Shown here piece by piece: positions 61,401 through 64,000 of a stretch of 64,000 nucleotides of DNA. The position numbers were made by a program, and so were the translations under genes. Origin of the DNA: an uncultured bacterium (GTDB lineage: Bacteria > JAGOEH01). The stretch covers positions 186,001-250,000 of the forward strand of contig CAZWDO010000004.1 in assembly GCA_964632485.1 (NCBI GenBank). The letters run 5' to 3'. Each line of letters begins with the position of its first letter. Positions within the stretch are counted from its first letter, which is position 1. The notes beneath the pieces are model-generated. The model was not told where the DNA came from. It was given only the letters and a program-made list of their open reading frames with translations, and did not search any database.

Positions 61401-61891
61401 GTTCGATTGAAATCGAATCGGAACCCGGAAACGGTTCAACCTTTCATGTCTGGCTGCCGGCTTCCACAGAGATTGTACCTTTGGATGAAATAAAATCAGC
61501 CGATTTCCACGAAGGAAGCGGGACTATTCTTGTTATGGATGATGAAATTGTTATGCGGAAAACTATAGGGGAAATGCTGCAATCGTTTGGATATAATGTA
61601 GTATGTAAAGAAAACGGCCGTGAAGCGATTAACTATTTTCAGGAGGCATTGAAAGCGGAACGTAGATTGACCGCTATGGTATTTGATCTCACAATTCCCG
61701 GCGGTATGGGTGGCAAAGAAGCCGTCAGAGAAATCAGAAAACTAAGCGCTGATATTCCCGTTTTCGTGGCCAGTGGGTATGCGGACGACCCGGTAATGGC
61801 GAACCCGAAAGAATACGGGTTCACGGCAAGTATTCGCAAACCTTTTATGATAGATGGACTTGCAAAAATGCTAAATAGTTTCTTGAAATAA
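58493..61891 (+). CDS. Hybrid histidine kinase: NMT1/THI5-type periplasmic binding domain, 3 PAS, HisKA/HATPase, receiver
   Basis: LKWYHQFQFAGYYAA, DFYGD, PAS ends DITERK/NITERK/DVTEE, AHDFNNLL, FDPFFTTK, GLGLA and REC MDDE...DLTIPGGMGG. Confidence 0.93.
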   Translation: MQNIVNYSKVLRCLYLSIFLFVILVIFLQIPVFSQTQNSGKNLDKITISLKWYHQFQFAGYYAAISQGFYAEEGLDVRLTTPEKGALPVESVVKGISEYGISSADLIKSRVAGMPIVVVAVIFQHSPIILLSRSDRNLRYLSDYVGKTIMASDDDLPEIKAMFVKEGIDPDFIHFIPHTWTIEPLISGTADASVDYLTNEPNLLRISGVEPYIIQPIDYGIDFYGDAIFTTEQEIKTNPDRVNAVKMATLKGWEYALEHIDEMIEQILTMPGVTERGVTREHLRYEAEQIIKLVQPKLVELGHINPARWERMGKAYAQFGGIKKDFSLDGFIYSPQEDHFRYLKLLYVSFGLIGFITLIAIMILFWNRQLRAAVKRRTLELKNNQSYLQSIFDACPDAIFIHDAETGEILDINQSMCKMFKCSRDQALELDVGKLSQGKWPYTQQAALEWLKKAGKNGSQSFQWLSKRLDSTLFWLEVNINFFTLSDGSKRFLVLARDITERKITEDTLFQVIEKNPMSIQIVDKNGFTLKVNPSHTSLFGAIPPLSYTVFDDQQLKNFGHDGLMGLAREGNAVVFPDFTYNAHHVNPDFPDQPIWIKMIVFPLIDMNGEPYQYVLMHENITERKLAENALRNSEENLRTTLSSIGDAVIATDAKGAVARMNPIAEQLTGWLFTEAKGKNLKDVFHIVSADTRQFLEDPSEKVLATGEMVGLANHTMLISRSGLEYQIADSGAPIRDDSGKITGVVLVFRDVTEEYALQKQIWQSQKMEAIGQLAGGIAHDFNNLLGGIFGYIDLAYYANKDAKVKEYLEQTRNTLNRARGLTHHLLTFSKGGTPVKTTDHLFPFVEENARFALSGSNILCRLEISDNLLPCSYDKNLLGQVIDNIVINAKQAMPMGGDIVISAKNVSISERNYLNLPEGSYVKLSIKDSGIGIPKELHSRIFDPFFTTKSTGHGLGLATCYSIIKQHNGSIEIESEPGNGSTFHVWLPASTEIVPLDEIKSADFHEGSGTILVMDDEIVMRKTIGEMLQSFGYNVVCKENGREAINYFQEALKAERRLTAMVFDLTIPGGMGGKEAVREIRKLSADIPVFVASGYADDPVMANPKEYGFTASIRKPFMIDGLAKMLNSFLK

Positions 61892-62170
61892 GTGATATTT
61901 TAAATTGGCAAGAAACTATATATTTAAGGCAATCAGGAAAGTGGGGATTATATTGTTATTGATTTTAAACCGTATTTTACTAAAACGATTTAACCCCATT
62001 CTTTTTTTTTAATTAGGTCATTTCATTTTACTCCTTATTAATTTTTCTTATTAGAATTAACGACTTTCCGTTTAATCGGATTTGGCGGTCATACGGAAAT
62101 CCTTTAAAATATTTAAGTCTTACCAAGCTTTACCTTTTCAACAATTAAAATTGAGAAAGAGCGCAAGAGA

Positions 62171-62869
62171 ATGAAAAATCTTAAACTAATTTTTTGGATG
62201 TTATTATTATCAACGATTTTTGGAGAAATTTTTTATGCCCAGGATTGGGCCAATCTTAATTGCTATCGAAAAGAAAATGAAAGCATTGGATTGCCGTCAT
62301 CAAAGGAAAAGCGGATTGTATTTATGGGCAACTCAATAACTGAGGGCTGGAAAAAATTTTGCCCTGATTTTTTCTCAGGCAGGCCCTATATCAATCGCGG
62401 GATAAGCGGACAAACAACACCTCAGATGTTGTTGAGATTCAGAACGGATGTGATCAACCTTAAACCGGCAGTTGTTGTAATTTTAGCGGGAATAAATGAT
62501 ATTGCTGGTAATACCGGACCTTCAACATTAGAAATGATAGAAGATAATATAATTTCAATGGCTGAATTGGCAGCGGTTAATGGGATTAAAGTTATCCTCT
62601 GCTCGGTTTTGCCCACGGTTCATTTCCCTTGGAAACCGGAGCTTAACCCGGCAGAAAAAATAATTGCCTTGAATGAGTTGATTAAACAATATGCGGCAAG
62701 AAACGGGATTCTTTACCTTGATTATTATTCCTCAATGGTTGATGAACACAAGGGTTTGAAAAATATGTACACGTATGATGGAGTTCACCCAAATGAAGCG
62801 GGATATAGAGTTATGGCGCCCCTTATAGAAGAGGCGATTGTAAAAGTAGTGCCCCGGAAAAATGATTAA
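62171..62869 (+). CDS. SGNH/GDSL hydrolase
   Basis: FMGNSIT, NRGISGQ, GIND and DGVHPN. Confidence 0.92.
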   Translation: MKNLKLIFWMLLLSTIFGEIFYAQDWANLNCYRKENESIGLPSSKEKRIVFMGNSITEGWKKFCPDFFSGRPYINRGISGQTTPQMLLRFRTDVINLKPAVVVILAGINDIAGNTGPSTLEMIEDNIISMAELAAVNGIKVILCSVLPTVHFPWKPELNPAEKIIALNELIKQYAARNGILYLDYYSSMVDEHKGLKNMYTYDGVHPNEAGYRVMAPLIEEAIVKVVPRKND

Positions 62870-62896
62870 TTCCGCATTTTTTGAAAGGAATAGCTT

Positions 62897-63619
62897 ATGG
62901 CGAATATCCCACCCCCGGTCTTATTAGAAATCCCTGAAGCCATCCTGGCAAAATGGCAGAGCATTATTGATATTATGGCAAAAATAATTAATGTGCCAGC
63001 GGGTCTGATTATGCGCATAATCGAGACTGATATTACAGTATTTCTTGCCAGTCGGACAGGTAATAATCCATACACAGTCGGCGCGGGAGAATGCTTCAAT
63101 AATTCTGGATTGTATTGCGAAAAAGTGATTAAAACAAAAGAAATGCTTCTGGTTTCTAATGCGCTTTCTGATGAAAATTGGAAAAATAATCCGGATACTA
63201 AACTCAATATGATTTCCTATTTGGGATTCCCCATCATTTTGCCGGATGAAACACTTTTTGGCACGATATGTATTCTTGATAATAAAGAAAATTGCTATTC
63301 AGAATTATATGTTGACTTGATTAAAAATTTTAAAAGTATTATAGAACGGGATCTTGAATTAATTTACATGAATCATTCTCTGGGTGAAAAGAATAGACAA
63401 CTCAGTGAATATTTAGCGGAAATTCAAATTTTGCGCGGGATCCTGCCCATTTGCGCAAATTGTAAAAAAATTCGGGATGACAAAGGCTATTGGAATCAAT
63501 TGGAAGAATATTTTTCAAAATATTCAGAGGTTCAATTTTCTCATGGCCTTTGTGATGAATGCGCGGAAAAACTTTATGGTGAAGAAGATTGGTATAAAAA
63601 TTGGAAGCAAGCGCGATAG
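62897..63619 (+). CDS. GAF-domain protein with C-terminal Cys/His Zn-binding module
   Basis: GAF (GLYCE...WKNNPD...SYLGFPI...FGTICILD), coiled coil, then LPICANCKKIRDDKGYW...FSHGLCDEC. Confidence 0.85.
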   Translation: MANIPPPVLLEIPEAILAKWQSIIDIMAKIINVPAGLIMRIIETDITVFLASRTGNNPYTVGAGECFNNSGLYCEKVIKTKEMLLVSNALSDENWKNNPDTKLNMISYLGFPIILPDETLFGTICILDNKENCYSELYVDLIKNFKSIIERDLELIYMNHSLGEKNRQLSEYLAEIQILRGILPICANCKKIRDDKGYWNQLEEYFSKYSEVQFSHGLCDECAEKLYGEEDWYKNWKQAR

Positions 63620-63701
63620 ATGCCGATTATTGACGGCAAGCAATTTTGCCGGGATATAAGAGTCTGGCCGCTATTCAATTTATTTTGAAAGGATTTTAAA
63701 C

Positions 63702-64000
63702 ATGAAAAATTTTTTTATGATTTTAATTTTGTACTTATTTATTATTTCGCTACCTGTTACAAAGACTCTTTTGGCGGACTCTGTCGTTTTAACAAAACTC
63801 CAGGAAATTCAGATTACGCCCACTCCCACGCATTTTACCGGTGATTTTTGCCGGGTCTATTATGATTCCATCTCGAATTCTGTCATCGTAACCTATGGGG
63901 GAACTAAAATAGGAGGAATTTCCGGTTCTCCAAATGATAAAGAATATGTATATAGAAAATATGATACAGCGTTTGTGTATAGTAATCAAACGGGAGTGCT
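63702..64000 (+). CDS. Exported hypothetical protein, 3'-truncated (absent from the ORF track)
   Basis: AAAGGA RBS, ATG 63702, signal peptide MKNFFMILILYLFIISLPVTKTLLA, and an open frame to the window end. Confidence 0.7.
   Translation, partial: MKNFFMILILYLFIISLPVTKTLLADSVVLTKLQEIQITPTPTHFTGDFCRVYYDSISNSVIVTYGGTKIGGISGSPNDKEYVYRKYDTAFVYSNQTGV

Noticed and set aside
116-63989. Many short ORFs in the track overlapping longer genes (e.g. 116-727, 10877-11359, 36585-37073, 58817-59269)
   Set aside because: They are antisense or alternate-frame shadows of well-supported genes and have no motifs.
1-64000. CRISPR array, rRNA, tmRNA, integrase or transposase
   Set aside because: No regularly spaced repeats or recognisable motifs were seen in intergenic regions or ORFs. 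smpB is present but I found no ssrA.

Overview
Bacterial chromosomal window, probably from an anaerobic diderm of the FCB-like group. This is inferred from an outer-membrane beta-barrel, several T9SS/FlgD-Ig-type tails, a class III RNR and a 2-oxoacid:ferredoxin oxidoreductase; the exact taxon cannot be determined. 1-23.8 kb is accessory and regulatory: a beta-propeller sensor kinase, RlmL-like methyltransferase, PEPCK-like enzyme, PilZ, PerR/Fur plus peroxiredoxin, M23 peptidase, a 529-aa orphan repeat protein, an orphan PqqD/RRE + GT-C + nucleotidyltransferase trio, a sigma54-driven barrel/two-component operon, and a threonine-synthase-like/GNAT fusion lacking the PLP lysine. 24-44 kb is core: a class III RNR whose glycyl-radical motif is on a separate 60-aa gene, B12-radical SAM, PBP1A, tRNA-Leu(CAG), smpB-amidase-DnaC-like-rph-korDABC-ackA, and an arcC-arcE-like-arcB arginine operon with no arginine deiminase. 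44-64 kb is a run of co-oriented accessory genes that starts with a disrupted SLC12-like transporter/ATPase/MscS locus. I found no CRISPR array, integrase, transposase or rRNA. All calls come from motif reading by eye; no database searches were run.
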